Source of the DNA: Podospora anserina
Lineage: Eukaryota
Direction: 5' to 3'
Assembly: GCA_017654855.1 (NCBI GenBank)
Contig: CM030336.1
Span: 1,922,001-1,986,000 of the forward strand
DNA length: 64,000 nucleotides
Made by a program: the position numbers and the translations under genes. This document shows, piece after piece, positions 12,292-27,091 of this stretch (positions are counted from its first letter, which is position 1; the number at the start of each line of letters is the position of its first letter). Under the pieces are notes generated by a model that had not been told where the DNA came from, searched no databases, and saw only the letters and a list, made by a program, of their open reading frames with translations.

Positions 12292-12622
12292 TGGGTTTCT
12301 TTGCCCCCCCCCTAACCCCACCCCAAACCCACCAAGTTCCATCTAAGATTTGATTCCCAATGTTTAAGAAAATGTAAAGAAAAGAAAAAAAGGGTCCGTC
12401 ATGAAACCCCCTTTCTAGCTCAATCCCACGAGCAAGGAAACGTTGGCCATCTTTCAGCTTGGTTTTTCTCTCTCACCCACGTCGACTCCGCCCTATTCGA
12501 CAAGTTGCAAATATTCTGACAAGTACATAGCCAAATGCACTATCGACACCCACGCCATTACCCCCCTCGAAAGCCAAGGTCAAAGTAGCCATATCGTTCC
12601 CATGGGGCCAAAATCAAGCGCA

Positions 12623-14274
12623 TCACTCCGCGTCTGGCTTCTGCGAGACAACTTCCCTCGCATAAAACTCAACCAGCATGGTGGCATAGGCCTCCAAGTC
12701 TTCCACAGGAACAGCCAGGCGAAAGTCGTTGAGCAGCAAGAACTGAAGTTCGAGGTGGTTCAGTTCAGCCAGAGGGAGACCACCAACCTAAAAACAACGT
12801 TAGCTCTGGTTCTGATGATGATGATCATAGATCAAAAGCAAAAACATACCTTGGCATATCGCGAGTTGGTGTAAAACACATCAGAAAAAAACTTGCTGGC
12901 GCAAGTCACCCCCGCAATAATAAGCCGATGGATGTTGTAACTGTCCACTACAAAATATGTCGCCTGTCCAGCTGCTGAATGCGTGTTAAAACTGTTGCTT
13001 TCGATCGTGATCCCCTTCCCAGCCTCCTCATCGGTGTCTGCAAGATCAGAGTCCGTCTCGTCGCTATCCTCTTCCGCCTCGTTACTGTCCCGCATGACAG
13101 TGTCTGGATCTGCCGCCGGTTTCATAGCTTGCGCATGCACGTATTGCATCCGTCGTGCCTCCTCGCTCTTGACCACCATATCGTTGACCCGCTCCGTCAT
13201 CCTGTCAAAATAGACCAGCAGACTCAAAAAGACTTCGTACGTGGTGGGACAGTACTTGTGTATCCGACCAAGATAGCTCAGTATGCTAATCGAGGGAACG
13301 TTTTTACCGTGAAACGCCAAAACACTGCTGCTTAGAGGGCTTCCGTTGGCGTCCCCACCAGCTTCCTCACCCCTCGCTTGCGCCTGGGCTTGTCGGAGGT
13401 GGTGCGCGTTTCGGTTCAGAGCATCGTGTTGGAGGTCGTTGGTGGTGGTAATCTTGGTAAGGAGGGCGGCTACCATTTCGATAATATCTCCTATAGGCAT
13501 CGCGCTAATCTCGTACTTCATCTGTTGTAGTGGGGGATCATTAAGGTTCCCTGAGCCGGTGGCATTAAGATTTTCGACCTTGGCCAGGGTCTGGATATGT
13601 GCGAGGTCTTGGACATAGATTGTCTTTTGGGTTTCTATCGGCGGACTTGGGGCATTGTTGCTGAGGGGTATCGAAACGGGGGGCGCATCGACGATGTCGA
13701 CATCCGCGGATGGATTCCGGCGCCGACCGTGATCCGATGCAGGAGAAGGCATCGCCTTGGATCCTGGCACTACGGTTGCGGCGGTACTGAGGGACGAGGT
13801 GGTCGAGCCCGCGACAGAAGGCGGACCGCTGGCGGCATCGTGAACTCTTTCGGTCGAGACGTCATACTGCGGCCCAGCGCCACCGGAGGAGGGATCGGAC
13901 GACGAAGAAGACGAAGAAGGCGGGGACGGGAGGCGGCGGCTGGCCCCACCACTCGACATCGGGGGTCGGCTCGACGGTGTTTGTCGTTGTTGCTTTGCTG
14001 GCTTGTCTGCGACCACTGGCGTCGGCACTGGTGAATCCTGCCAGTCTCTGCGCGGTGTTGACGAAGAGGCTTGCCGTCTGGGGCTCGCCGTCGGGCGCGA
14101 GTGGTGGGACTGCTGGGCATCCCGGTCGCAACCTGTTGTTGTTCGGCTGACTGGAACTGGACGGGCCTGGAAGTGAATGTCGTGCGGGTGCTGGTGCTGA
14201 ATGGCCGGCCCTGCAATCATGCTATGAAATCGAGATGGCGATTCTCCCAATACGTCGCCCATCACTGTAGCCAT
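12623..14274 (-). CDS. Pho85-type cyclin, Pcl6/Pcl7-like, 2 exons (intron 12788-12849)
   Basis: AFHGKNVPSISILSYL.RIHKY, NIHRLIIAGVTCASKFFSDVFYTNSRYAK|VGGLPLAELNHLELQFLLLNDFRL; stop TGA at 12623. Confidence 0.92.
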
Positions 14275-17200
14275 GCTGGCATGGTTGTCTTGATTACGGT
14301 GGACGTCTGGCAGTGGTGGGAGGTGGTGGTGGTGGCTGCCAAGAGTTCAGCCAGTGGTTATCGCGTGGTGGAGGGTCCTGCAGCGAGTGCTATCGGATCG
14401 AAAGTGGCTGTGCCGCGATAGCGGAGAATTAGCTAGGCTTTTCTCTGGTTGGCGAGTTTCTGGACCAGGCGATAAAGACCCGGGTCAGCGCCGGCGCCCA
14501 AGCAAAAGGTGGGGGAGGTGCAAGAGCAAGAGCAACAACAAAAACAACAAGCAAGAACGAGAAGAGGGGAAGAAAAAAAAGATGAGACGAAAGGATATGG
14601 TGTCTGGGGGAAGGGGGACTAGGTGCCAGGCTGGCGGGAGGTAACACAGTGTTGGCACCGCGTGCGTGCTGCACGACAAGGGCGCAATCAACACGGGATG
14701 GCCTTTTCTTTCTTGTTTCCTGTTGACGTGATGCTGCTGCTGGTGGTGGACGGTGGCTGCGCTGCGCTGCAGGCAAGAAAGACACCGCAGACAGACACCG
14801 ACACAACAGACGGCAGCCTTGCTGCGGATACCTAGGCGGTTCTTCCTCCAGCCTGATGGCGAATGGCGAGTCTCAGCATATCGAAGCAGCCGGTGTTTCT
14901 GTTTCGAACAGCCAAGGACGACCAACGACGGGTCAAACTCAACGTTTGAAGCTGTGGCCTGACTCGCGAGCTAACGCCATGAAAACAACTGAAATGATGG
15001 GCAAACACACAACGAGAGGGTATCAAACAGCCACCGGCCAACTCGCGCCCGGATCACGAATCCGCTTTGAGCTAGCCGGCGGGATGGCTGTTGGGGCGTT
15101 CCAGGCGATTGGGAGTATCGACAGGCACAACGACGTCACTTGGCGATGATGAAAGAAGAGAACGGCAAACCTCCCGAGCGGCTGAGGGAAGCACCAGCGC
15201 GTGGCAAAGCAAGACAACACAGAGACGTGGAATATCGAGGTGCTTACCTGTGTGCAGCTTGCATATACCTTCAGCCCCAAACGCCAAAAGGGTCTTCTGT
15301 GGGCTGTCTGTCAGGAGAGGTTCGGGATGTTGATGATAAGGTTGGCTTTGGCGTTCTCGCAAGGACGAACCGGATGGCAGAGATGGCTTATGCAGGTGAC
15401 TGCCGGGTTGGTTACAGAAAAGATTGTGAAGGGATAAAGATAAAAAAAGAATAGACGAGGTTCAAATGTCGAGTGGCAAAGTCATTCGTAGGCATAAGGC
15501 GATAAGGGGAAAGAGGTGATGGGCAACCAAGAGATGCGACCCAAGATTATCGCATAACAGAGGCCGATGAAGCAATGCCAAGAAGCGGCCGGAGGGTTGG
15601 AGTGCAGTTAACAGGCCGGACGTAAAAGCCTAATGGTTTCTTGATAAGAGAAATCTTTTGCCCGGTAGGTTATTATCGTTTCTCTCTCCAAGGGGACTCC
15701 AATCCCAAGGCCGCTTCCCAGTGAGTTAGGTAAAGGGGGAAGAAACGGTTTCAAGACTCCGGTCGCGCAGAACACCACCGGCTGGGGGGAAAACAAGGAG
15801 ATATATCTTGCGGCGTGCAGATAACGCCGGGTGCGGGCAATCGGACGATCAAGATGACGATGAACCGGGACCTTCTTCCGCCACGTGTGTGGATGAAAGA
15901 ATGCTAGCGGACGGGAAACCCTGCGCCCGCACAACCACACACACCGCAGCACTCCCAACCGATTCCCTGAGAAGATGGCGCCAGATGAGGCAACGGTACA
16001 TCCACGCCGTTGACTGTAATAATTATATTATCCTGCCATCCCTGCTGAGGTGAGTACCCTTTCTGCATTGCCTTTCTATCTTGTGATTCTCCTCATATGT
16101 ATATCCTTCCCGTCAGATCATCTCTTCCCCTCCTCCATCATCAACCGAGGATGGTGTTTGTGGGTGTGTGTGAGTGTGTGGTGTGAGGGAACAATCACTG
16201 ATAAGAAGAGTTGTGGAGAGCGGTGATCCGATACGGTAGAGATGGACCCACATCTTTACCAGCGACAGGCCAACCGTGGTGGGGTGGGGGAGGATGACGC
16301 AGGGGTTATCCAGACTTCACATTTGACCTAATGGACTCTGCGCGTTTGCGCTTCTCGCATTCTACAGGCGCCACGAGCGAAGGAAAACGCGGGGGGCGCT
16401 TGTTATTCTTAAGAGGACGGTGAGGACCAACTTTGTCCAGTTTGAAGCCCACATTGTACCATTGTAGAACGCCTGTGGCTTCCAGGTCCCTGAGTTTGAG
16501 GGCTGGATATCAGATTCAACGGTAGGACCCCCAGCATCTAACCACTTGACAAACATTTTCTACAAAACCTTTTTACCAACCAGCCAACCAACCCTCCTCA
16601 GCAGCTTCAAAAAGAACCCCCTGCAATATTTCCATCGTGTACACCTCCCATTCGAAGCACCGTCGTCGGCCTCTATTTGCTCCTGTCATCAAGCCCCTCC
16701 TGTCTTCTATCCCTCTTGTGCCCCTCACCTCGCAAGCGACCCCGTGGCGTCACTCTGGACAGAGATTGGCTACTTCAATTGTTTACATCCCAACCCAAGG
16801 CACGAGTGCGCGCCTCTTTTTCACGGCAATGTCAACTCGAAATGCACTCACTCAACTAGGCGGTGGAGGTAGCAACGTGAGGGGATTAAGAAGCGCAAAC
16901 CCAAAAAAAGGGTCCTCGGTCCTAGGTCGGTAGTGAGCAACGCGTTGGTGGGGGGGATAAAACTGTCATTATATGTTCCCTTTCAAACCCCCTCGCCTCG
17001 GCTATAATACTCAAAGTACATGGTCTCGAGTAGGTATCGCAAGCTCTACCAGATGTGATTCCTAACAATCTACATCCACAAGCCTCGGCCCTGTGGAGTC
17101 ATCCCGAGATCCAAGAATTGTGTTGAAGGGGTACCCCTTGAACACTTCTCACCTCGGGACTTCCCGCCATCTCATACCTATTTCCCTACATACGGTTCTG

Positions 17201-17775
17201 AGAACTCATATCTTCCCTAGAACACCACATCCCGAAAACGTTACACAACCCCCTTCGCATACCTACCTGGCTCGCCTAAAATCAAAAATCATATTTTCCA
17301 CCTACCCCACAACCAGAACCTTTCACTCCTCGGTCGTGGTAATCAGCCATGCAAGCCACAGAGCACAAGCAAGCAAGGAACGCCATCTGCCCTCCTAACT
17401 CGGAGCGGGCGAAACTCCGGGCCACCCGCCTTCCCTTAACCAACTTGCGTGCCGGCCACGTTGTATCCTCATCACCCTCCAACTCGGCCACGCCGGTTCG
17501 TAGTTCCCACGCACCGCAGATGCATAAGCCACAGGTAAAACAAGACCAAAAGTGCAGCCCATACTCTTTTCAGAGGCTTTCTTGAGAACGCCATACACAC
17601 ACAGACAAAAACACCCGTCTCCCTATGATGCCTTTCTCGAATCCGAAATGGAATGGCATTACTATACATATCCATCATCCAGCCCGGTCATGTCGTCACC
17701 TCGCAAGCACTGAACAATGCATCCCGTTCTGATTGGCTGTCTTCTGCCCCCATCCTTACCCCTAGTCACACGCAC

Positions 17776-18759
17776 TCAGTTCTCATGTCTGACCTTGTAA
17801 TCCGTATCTGGTAGGTACAGATGTCTGTCCGCGCCCTTGGCCGTTAACACCACCATACGAATCACACCACCCGAGCTACCATCCCACTTGATGGCCTCCT
17901 TCAACGACTCCTTGACAAAGTTGACCGCATCCGCCTCCTCCATGCCCTCTTTCCAGTTGGCGTCGCAGTAACCGTAAATGTACGTCGAGCCAGAACCACC
18001 AATGGCATATGGTTGCTTGTGGAGGGACCCGCCGAGGGGGATGCTGTAGACCTGACCGCCGTGACGCTCGTCCCAACCCGCAATAATGAGACCGGCCCTA
18101 GCAAAGAAAATATCAGTACCTGACCTCCGCAGCCTACCCAACTTCAACTTCGCCGGGGGTTACTAACGAGAGCCTATCCTTGTTCGCATAGCACATCTCC
18201 TGGAAGATGGCCGCCGCCGTCTGTGTCGTGGGGGGCTTGCCGTTCATCATGTGGAAGAGCCCAAGCTGGTATTGCACAATGTCGGCGACGGCTTGGGTGT
18301 CGGCGGCGGACCCGGATCGGCAGCACCAGATTGTGTCGTGTACTCTGGTGAGCTTGTCGGTTACACGGTTGGCAATGTATGCGCCAGTCGTTGTGCGGGA
18401 ATCGGCTCCGAGGATAACGCCGTCTTTGAATGTGATCGCCATACTGTCATCGTTCGAATGTTAGGAGGGGTGCTCGCCCGGGAGTGGTCGTTTGGCCAGT
18501 TTAAGACCGGGGGGTTGGCTTACATCGAGGTACCCAAGCTAAGGGATGGAATTGTCAGAATGACTCCCATTGTAAAAGCAGGGGCACTTTGGAAGTATCA
18601 CTTACTTGACCTCACCCTTCTTCAACCGGTCCATATCAACATGGATGCCATCTGCAAGGTACCATGGTTAGCAACAGGGACGAGACGATGTGGAGACGGT
18701 AACCGGGAGTTGCGATGTCACTGACCTTCGCTCAGGCAACCCGATGTACCGAATTCCAT
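17776..18759 (-). CDS. PRE3: 20S proteasome subunit beta 1, 5 exons
   Basis: Spliced propeptide ...[45 protein letters not shown], plus [20 protein letters not shown] and DGSSGGVIR. Confidence 0.96.
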
Positions 18760-19364
18760 TTTTGAAGTGTGGGTTTGTAATTATCGATCTGAAGTCGTCG
18801 ATGGAAAGAGGGGGGCAATCGGAGCGAGTCGTCAGTCGTAGAGAATGGAGGTGTTCGTGGGGTGTGTGGCATTCGTCGAGTGAATGTTCGAAGTTGGCAA
18901 CTGGAGCTTGGAGCTCCTCCCAAGCTCAAGGCAGCTCAGACACGCACGCGCGCCTTGCCTGGCGGGCGGGTTGATGCGCATCACGTGGGGAGCTGATAAG
19001 AAGGCTTATCGGATCTTATCGCTCCTATCACTTACAGCCAGCCCCTTGGCAGACCGCACGATGGATAAATGAATGCATGTAACAATCGGGGTATCCTCTA
19101 CTATGTACACGATAACCTGACGATGAGTGATCTCATCTTTGAGTCCAGAGTGTTGACCAAAGCCTTCCCAATGCGAGGTCCTGTTCGATCTCTCCGGATC
19201 ACTCAGATCCTGTCGAAGCCCTCGTCAAAATCCCAGCACCCTCATCAGAGTCCAACCCTATCAACACCTCCCCGTCCCCGACTTCCAAAACCACCTCACA
19301 AAAAAATCCGAAAAAAAAACTAAAACTCCCCAACTCCAACCCAAGTATTCCGACCACAGTCTAC

Positions 19365-20084
19365 TCAACCCCCCCTAACCAACCCCTCCTCCCTCTCCAA
19401 ACTAACCCCCTCCCCAACCTCAATCTCATACCCCCTCCTCCTTTCCTTGCCACCATCCCCCTCCTTCTTCTTCCCCTTCCCATCATCCCCACACCCGCAA
19501 TCATAAAAATCCCCAATATTATTACAATCAAACAACTCCTTCCTCAACCTCCTATTAACCTCATTATGCACAAAACAAGCCCACCCCGCCGCATTATTCC
19601 GACTGCTCACCTGAGGCGGGTATTTCTCCAGCAGCTTCTGAAAGTGCGAAGCACAGTCCCCACAGGGGTACAACCTCGCAAACAACTGTATATACGTCCT
19701 CAGCGCAAGACTATCATCCGCCGTCGGCTCCTCCGGAAACCGCGCCATCATCGTGTGGAACAACTTCCACGACGCGCGGCCGAGTTCCGCTCTGTAAATC
19801 TCCCCAATCAGCAATTGCTCTTCCCCAGCATGCAAAAAGCGGAGGACTCACTTCGCAGTCGCATTCTCCAACTTGGGCGCAATAGATCCACCCTTTAGAA
19901 TGCTCTCCGAAAGGGCACCACCAGCACCGTTGCTGTTGTGGCTGCTGCTGCTCCTCCATGTCTCGTCGGATAATATCCTCGTGGGGTCCCGTCCGCCGCC
20001 GCCGCTGCTCGAAACAAAGTACGTCATGGTCAAAAAGAACATGACGCCCACCAGCAGGAGCGTTATGTGTTGTCGTCGCGCCAT
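19365..20084 (-). CDS. ERV2: FAD-linked sulfhydryl oxidase Erv2, 2 exons (intron 19792-19851)
   Basis: N-terminal signal anchor, KAELGRASW.LFH, YPCGDCA (CxxC), HNEVN.RL.K..FDC and C-terminal YDCGC. Confidence 0.93.
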
Positions 20085-20708
20085 GGTTTTTCCGCAACCG
20101 TCTCGTCGCGCCCGCAGGGTGGCTTGGCCCAATAAATAAAAGGGGTTCACAGTGGATTCGGTGATGTCGAGAAATGGAGTTTTGGGCGCAACGTGGAGGG
20201 CCGAAAGAGGCGGCAATGAACCGTGGTCGATCTAGCTCTGCAAAAAAATGGGTTTTAATGAATGACGGGAAAATAATGCACGACAAGAAAATGGCTGAAG
20301 CTTATTGAAGGATGGGAAAAAGACCCGATCAGATGGTTCAAAGGAATTGGAGTGTCTGTCAGATGTTCGGCGCTGGTGGCCAATGCACCAGTGGCTGATC
20401 CCCTAGCCAGGGGTCTGCAGCCGGATCACCCCACCCTTCCCGCGGCAGGCATTTGCTTGAAACAGGGGTTCAGTCGAGCCCAGAGGAGTCAAGCTTTCTC
20501 GAAGCCCACTTGCAACATCATGTAACCAAAATCATCATCTCTATCCAAACAACCTCTTACATTTCATGTAGATTTCAACCTGAAACAAGTTCGAATAAAA
20601 AACCCAAAAACCTCTCTAACCAAAACCCCGTCTCTTTATACATCATCCAACCTCCCGCCCCCGTTCAAGATCATGAACCCCTAAGCAAAACCTGGTAAGC
20701 CCCCGTCA

Positions 20709-21659
20709 TCAATAAATCCCAGCGTAAAATGTCAAATCCCACCTCCCATTCTCCGTCACAATCACCGGCTTAACATCTTCAACAATAAAAGCCTCCCTCA
20801 ACGGGTCCAACACCTTGAGCTCCCACCTCATCGCCTCTTCATTAGCCTCAGACCCAACAGTCTTGCCCAGCACAAGACTCCCATTCGCCTTTCTCGCCAG
20901 CGCACCCTCTGGCGCTTCCCTGAGAATGTTTCGACTGAACCCAGTCACCACCCCACTCCCATCCGTAGCAAGCATCACCGCTCCCCCATCACACCCCTCA
21001 AGCAGCGAGACGTCTCCCCAAGACCGCGTTGACGAGTTTGACGCCGTGGTATTGTCTTGCGCTTCCCAAGCCACCTCGATCCAAGTTCCCAGATTGTGCT
21101 TGGCCGTCCCGTCAAGGTTCTCGTCCAGCCTGCCGCGAACGATGCGACCTGAAAAGGTAGGGCAGACCGAAATGAAGACTGTCTCGCCAGGATGGAGCTT
21201 GCGGGTACAAATACTATTGTCAATGACAAGTCCAATCAAAGCTGTGTCGGTGCGGGCTTACCAATGTATACTTCCACGGAGTCTCATCACGCGCATTTTC
21301 GTACAAAAAGTAGTAGTGATTTTGGTGCGTGTTGCTGTAGTCGGCGTCGCGCATTGTCACGCCGGGGCCGCCGTCATCCACATCTCCCACTGCCACCAAA
21401 AAAAATTCAGTCATTCGCCTAGAAGATGGGTTGTCTAGGACGCACAAGTGTAGATGGGTGTATCTGAGCGAGATCCACACGTGAAGGTGGCATTGGCGTG
21501 GCTAGAGGGTAGCAGAAGGCTAGAGTTTTGGAATGTGGTGTTCCAGTTGAGGACGCTGTGCAGGTAGGGCCGTGGAGGGATGAGGACAGGGCTTGCCGAA
21601 GTAGCTGGAAGTACGGCTAGGAGAATGGGGAGAGTACCCAAAAAACGTGGGAAGGTCAT
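20709..21659 (-). CDS. Uncharacterised secreted protein, 3 exons
   Basis: Signal peptide MTFPRFLGTLPILLAVLPATSA. Introns GTGCGT..CAG and GTAAGC..AAG join three ORF-track frames. Contains GRIVRG, GTWIE and WGDVSLLEGCDG segments. Confidence 0.75.
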
Positions 21660-22247
21660 GATGTGTAGATGGATAATAAAAGACGGAACCAATGTGAGAG
21701 ACGTCGAGGGTTATATGGTGTGAGATGATTGGATTTGGCGTGGAAGATGTAGGGGATAGGTAGGTATGTTGGGAAGAATGTTGTCGAGGAGAGATTCAAT
21801 GACTGGCCCTGTCGACTTTTGGGAGATCTTGTGGCGGTGGGCATTGGATTGTGCGTCCGTCCTTTCCCTGGATATCATGGGAGAAGGAACTCGGTCTGGC
21901 AAAGTAACGTCGCAAAGCTCCTTCTTGCCAATGCAAGAGTTCAAGGGATGAACAGGGACCTGCAAGAGCGTCCAGGTAAGGCTCTGAATGGGAAGAGCTC
22001 ACTGAATTCAAGCGACAGTGAATAGTGACTGCCAATTTACATTCTAGCTGTTATCAGCTGCCGCGTTACGCATGAGCAAAGTTTCATAATGTCTCAGGAG
22101 ATATGCTATACATTTCCAAGGACCTTCTGCCCAGATACATGAGAGGGCAACAAACATCAGGCCCAACCCATAGCACCAACTTGAAAGTCTATCCAGATCC
22201 CACAGCAGATACATGAATCAAGAACCTCCTAACCATATTCCGCCAAC

Positions 22248-24259
<2,012 letters not shown>

Positions 24260-24751
24260 TTAAGTAGAAACTTTGCATGAGTTGTAATGTTTGATGCCAT
24301 ATACTACCATTGGATGGCTTCCCAACGATCTTAAGTAGTCCATCATAGCCTCTCTTGGGACTGCATCGTCGCAAAAAGACGTCATTGTCGCAATCAGGGA
24401 AATGGTGATCAATGTCAGACGACGTCGAGGTGGAGGTTGGCGGAGCCGGCATTGACGATGTCGGTGTAGAAGTTTCCTCGGTTGGATATGTCGGCGTGCC
24501 CGTCGAGCATCGGGGTAGTAAACTGGCCGTGTCGGTTGCCGGCTACCTACACGAGAGTTGCATGATCGGTGCAAAGTCGGGATTTCTGCCGATGTATGCG
24601 GGTTGCTGACTGAAGTGGTGATTTGGGAAGGAACCAATCACAGACAAAGTCTCAACCACACGCGTTAAAAAAGACCTAGATCATAGTAGAGAAAGGCTTG
24701 GTGATTGGTTGGATGATGTCTCTTTGTATTAGATATTGCTACAGTTATTAT

Positions 24752-25714
24752 TCAAGCCCCTTGGCTGAGCATCTCCCACTGATCCGACACACTCTCCGAT
24801 GTTGGTGTGAGGAGGGCATAGCTGTCACTGTCGCTGTTCCTGTTCCCGCTCCCGGTCTCGACTGCCACTCTCACCAGAGCCCAGCTGTTTCCGAGATCCT
24901 CACCCTCAACCCACTCTTCACTTGTTGTAGGGGAAGTGTCTCTCGTCCCACCCTGGCTGCTCCTCCCTTTTCCACGACCTCGCTTCGGTGGCTTGACCTT
25001 GATCTGATATTCCCACTGCCCTTCCCCCCTCACAACATCCTCAAACCCAAACCCAACCCTCTGCACCGCTTCACAATCCCCAACAGACCCTTCAACAGCC
25101 AGACTCTGCCCAGCTTCCACCTCCTCCACCAGTTGCCTCCACAGCTTCCCAAAAACCAACCTCCCATCCCTCTCATCCTCAAACGGCAACCTCCAGCTTT
25201 TGTCCGCGGCAATTTCCCGCCCCTCAATCAAATTATCCCTCGTCCATGCCTTCTTTCCCTCCTCAAAGAAGTCCCTCTTCATTTTCTCGCAGTAATCACA
25301 GCAATACAGCGAGCTACACCTCGTCTTGAACATTTTCTCCAAAACAGGAATGTAGTGCGGCCTGATCAGCAACCCACTTCTCATGCTCGAGGCTTTTCTG
25401 TAAGCGTAAGGTTGATTTGCCTTTTTGAGTCGCTGCGCATCGGTCTTGAGTTTGGGGAAGTTCCAGGAGCGGTCGAAGAAGACGTCTTCGTAGTCGGAGA
25501 TGTGGCTTTGGATGCGGTAGAGATCCTGGCTGTTGCGGCCCGGGAGGCCTACGCGGATGGGGTTTTTACCGTGAATCTTTTTGGGGTTGGGTTGGACGAG
25601 TTTGGTTTGGTCGAAGGGGATGTTGGAGGGTTCTTCTGGGTGGGGGATCTGGGAGGAGAGACGGGGGAGGTAGCGGGTTAGGGTGAGGGAGGTGAGGTGG
25701 TTGTGGTTTTCCAT
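24752..25714 (-). CDS. Hypothetical protein
   Basis: Long open frame (350 aa from TTG, ATG near 25714) with a Cys cluster CSSLYCCDYC and the same 5' C-rich / 3' G-rich skew as neighbouring genes; no family recognised. Confidence 0.6.
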   Translation of the reverse strand: MENHNHLTSLTLTRYLPRLSSQIPHPEEPSNIPFDQTKLVQPNPKKIHGKNPIRVGLPGRNSQDLYRIQSHISDYEDVFFDRSWNFPKLKTDAQRLKKANQPYAYRKASSMRSGLLIRPHYIPVLEKMFKTRCSSLYCCDYCEKMKRDFFEEGKKAWTRDNLIEGREIAADKSWRLPFEDERDGRLVFGKLWRQLVEEVEAGQSLAVEGSVGDCEAVQRVGFGFEDVVRGEGQWEYQIKVKPPKRGRGKGRSSQGGTRDTSPTTSEEWVEGEDLGNSWALVRVAVETGSGNRNSDSDSYALLTPTSESVSDQWEMLSQGA

Positions 25715-26023
25715 TTTGGCTGTCAGGATTGGGTTTTGGGACTGACTAAGGAGTGTGGGTTTGGATGGACGATGATGAGAATGGAGACACTGAGGTGGCA
25801 ACACGATGTTGATTTATACAATGTATTCATGGCACTAGCGATTGAGGACATCACGACGCCAGGGGTTGCTGGCGCCCTCTTCTCGCACAGCGAGCTCAGA
25901 GTGGCATGGTGCGGTCTTGGTATAACACGCCATTGGCTGGATTCGTCTTCGTGGCTGTGGCAGTGGTCTTAATCGCCAAAACAACCCTCAATTTCCAGCA
26001 ACAAGAAGATAGAGCTAACCCTG

Positions 26024-27091
26024 TCATGCCGTTCCGTAAGTACAATTACCCTTGACGTCGTCAACTTTGATGCGGAGCAGTTTCTCTGCGTTTTTGTAGG
26101 CAATGGCCTCCAGCTGCTCCTGGTCGACCAGCCCGCTTGCCTCCAGCTCCTTGAACCATGCCAACCCAACCTCATTGCTTGTAAAAGGATAGTCAATACT
26201 GTACAGGATGTGGTCAATGGGAGTGTTGGCCAAAATGCACCTCATGGGATCCAAGCTCCAAACACCGCTCGTCGTGACATAGATGTTCTCCCGATATACC
26301 GTTGCGAAGTTTCTCTGAGCCGTGCTCCATCTTCCACTAAGCCTGTCAATACGCTGCAGCATAAACGGTATCATTTCACCCATATGTCCAGCGATGATCT
26401 TCAGCTTGGGTCTGCGATCAAACAGTCCAGAGGCAAACAGTCTCAAGACATGAAGCCCAGTGTCCTGGTGCCACCCCCAGCCAGAACTTCCCAGCGAGTT
26501 TGCAGCGATAGGGTCGAAGTTGCCTCGATATCGTGGAGCCATGTCTTCACTCGGCCAAGTGGGATGAAGGTAGACTGGAACATCGAATTCCTCTGCAACA
26601 GCCCAAAAAGCATCGTATTCCTCCCCATCAAAATAGCCCCCTTTGCCGTCGTGATTGTCGACCAAAGCACCCACAAAGCCGAGCTCCGTGACCGCCCTCC
26701 GGAACTCTGCTGCCGCTTCCGCCGGCTGAGACATGGGAGCAGTCGCAAAACCTGCCAATCTTCCTTTTGCATTCTTGACAGCCTCATAGACCTGATCGTT
26801 GGCTGACCTGCTGTAGTTGACGGGGTACGACCCTAACCCTGCGGCATGGCTAACAACTTGGATTGTGACATCTCCCTTGTCCATGTCGGAAAGTCGGAGA
26901 GAGGAGAGGTTGGTCAACTTTTCCATGACATTGGGGACAAACTGTGTCTGCTCCTTGAACAGAGCCTTCATAGCATCCGGGGTGGTGGCAGAAGCGTAGT
27001 GCTCCTCGAGGGTTATGAGTGGAGTCATCTTGGCCAAGGCGGGAAGGATGAGGAGTGGAATAAATCGTAGGAACTCCATGATTGCAGACAT
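26024..27091 (-). CDS. Amidohydrolase_2 family non-oxidative aromatic-acid decarboxylase (2,3-dihydroxybenzoate/orsellinate decarboxylase-like)
   Basis: ITLEEH, R..DMD, YLHP, WGWH, SGLFDR.P.LKII.GHMGE and SIDYPF all intact; intronless. Confidence 0.9.
   Translation of the reverse strand: MSAIMEFLRFIPLLILPALAKMTPLITLEEHYASATTPDAMKALFKEQTQFVPNVMEKLTNLSSLRLSDMDKGDVTIQVVSHAAGLGSYPVNYSRSANDQVYEAVKNAKGRLAGFATAPMSQPAEAAAEFRRAVTELGFVGALVDNHDGKGGYFDGEEYDAFWAVAEEFDVPVYLHPTWPSEDMAPRYRGNFDPIAANSLGSSGWGWHQDTGLHVLRLFASGLFDRRPKLKIIAGHMGEMIPFMLQRIDRLSGRWSTAQRNFATVYRENIYVTTSGVWSLDPMRCILANTPIDHILYSIDYPFTSNEVGLAWFKELEASGLVDQEQLEAIAYKNAEKLLRIKVDDVKGNCTYGTA

Noticed and set aside
24260..24637. 125-aa minus-strand ORF between PDC and the hypothetical gene
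   Set aside because: Non-ATG start, no recognisable domain, and it overlaps the likely PDC promoter
24698..25681. Long antisense ORFs (also 53587-54600, 61299-62234, 36269-36988, 82-588)
   Set aside because: Shadows of genes on the opposite strand, with low-complexity Pro/Leu/Ser-rich translations and no motifs
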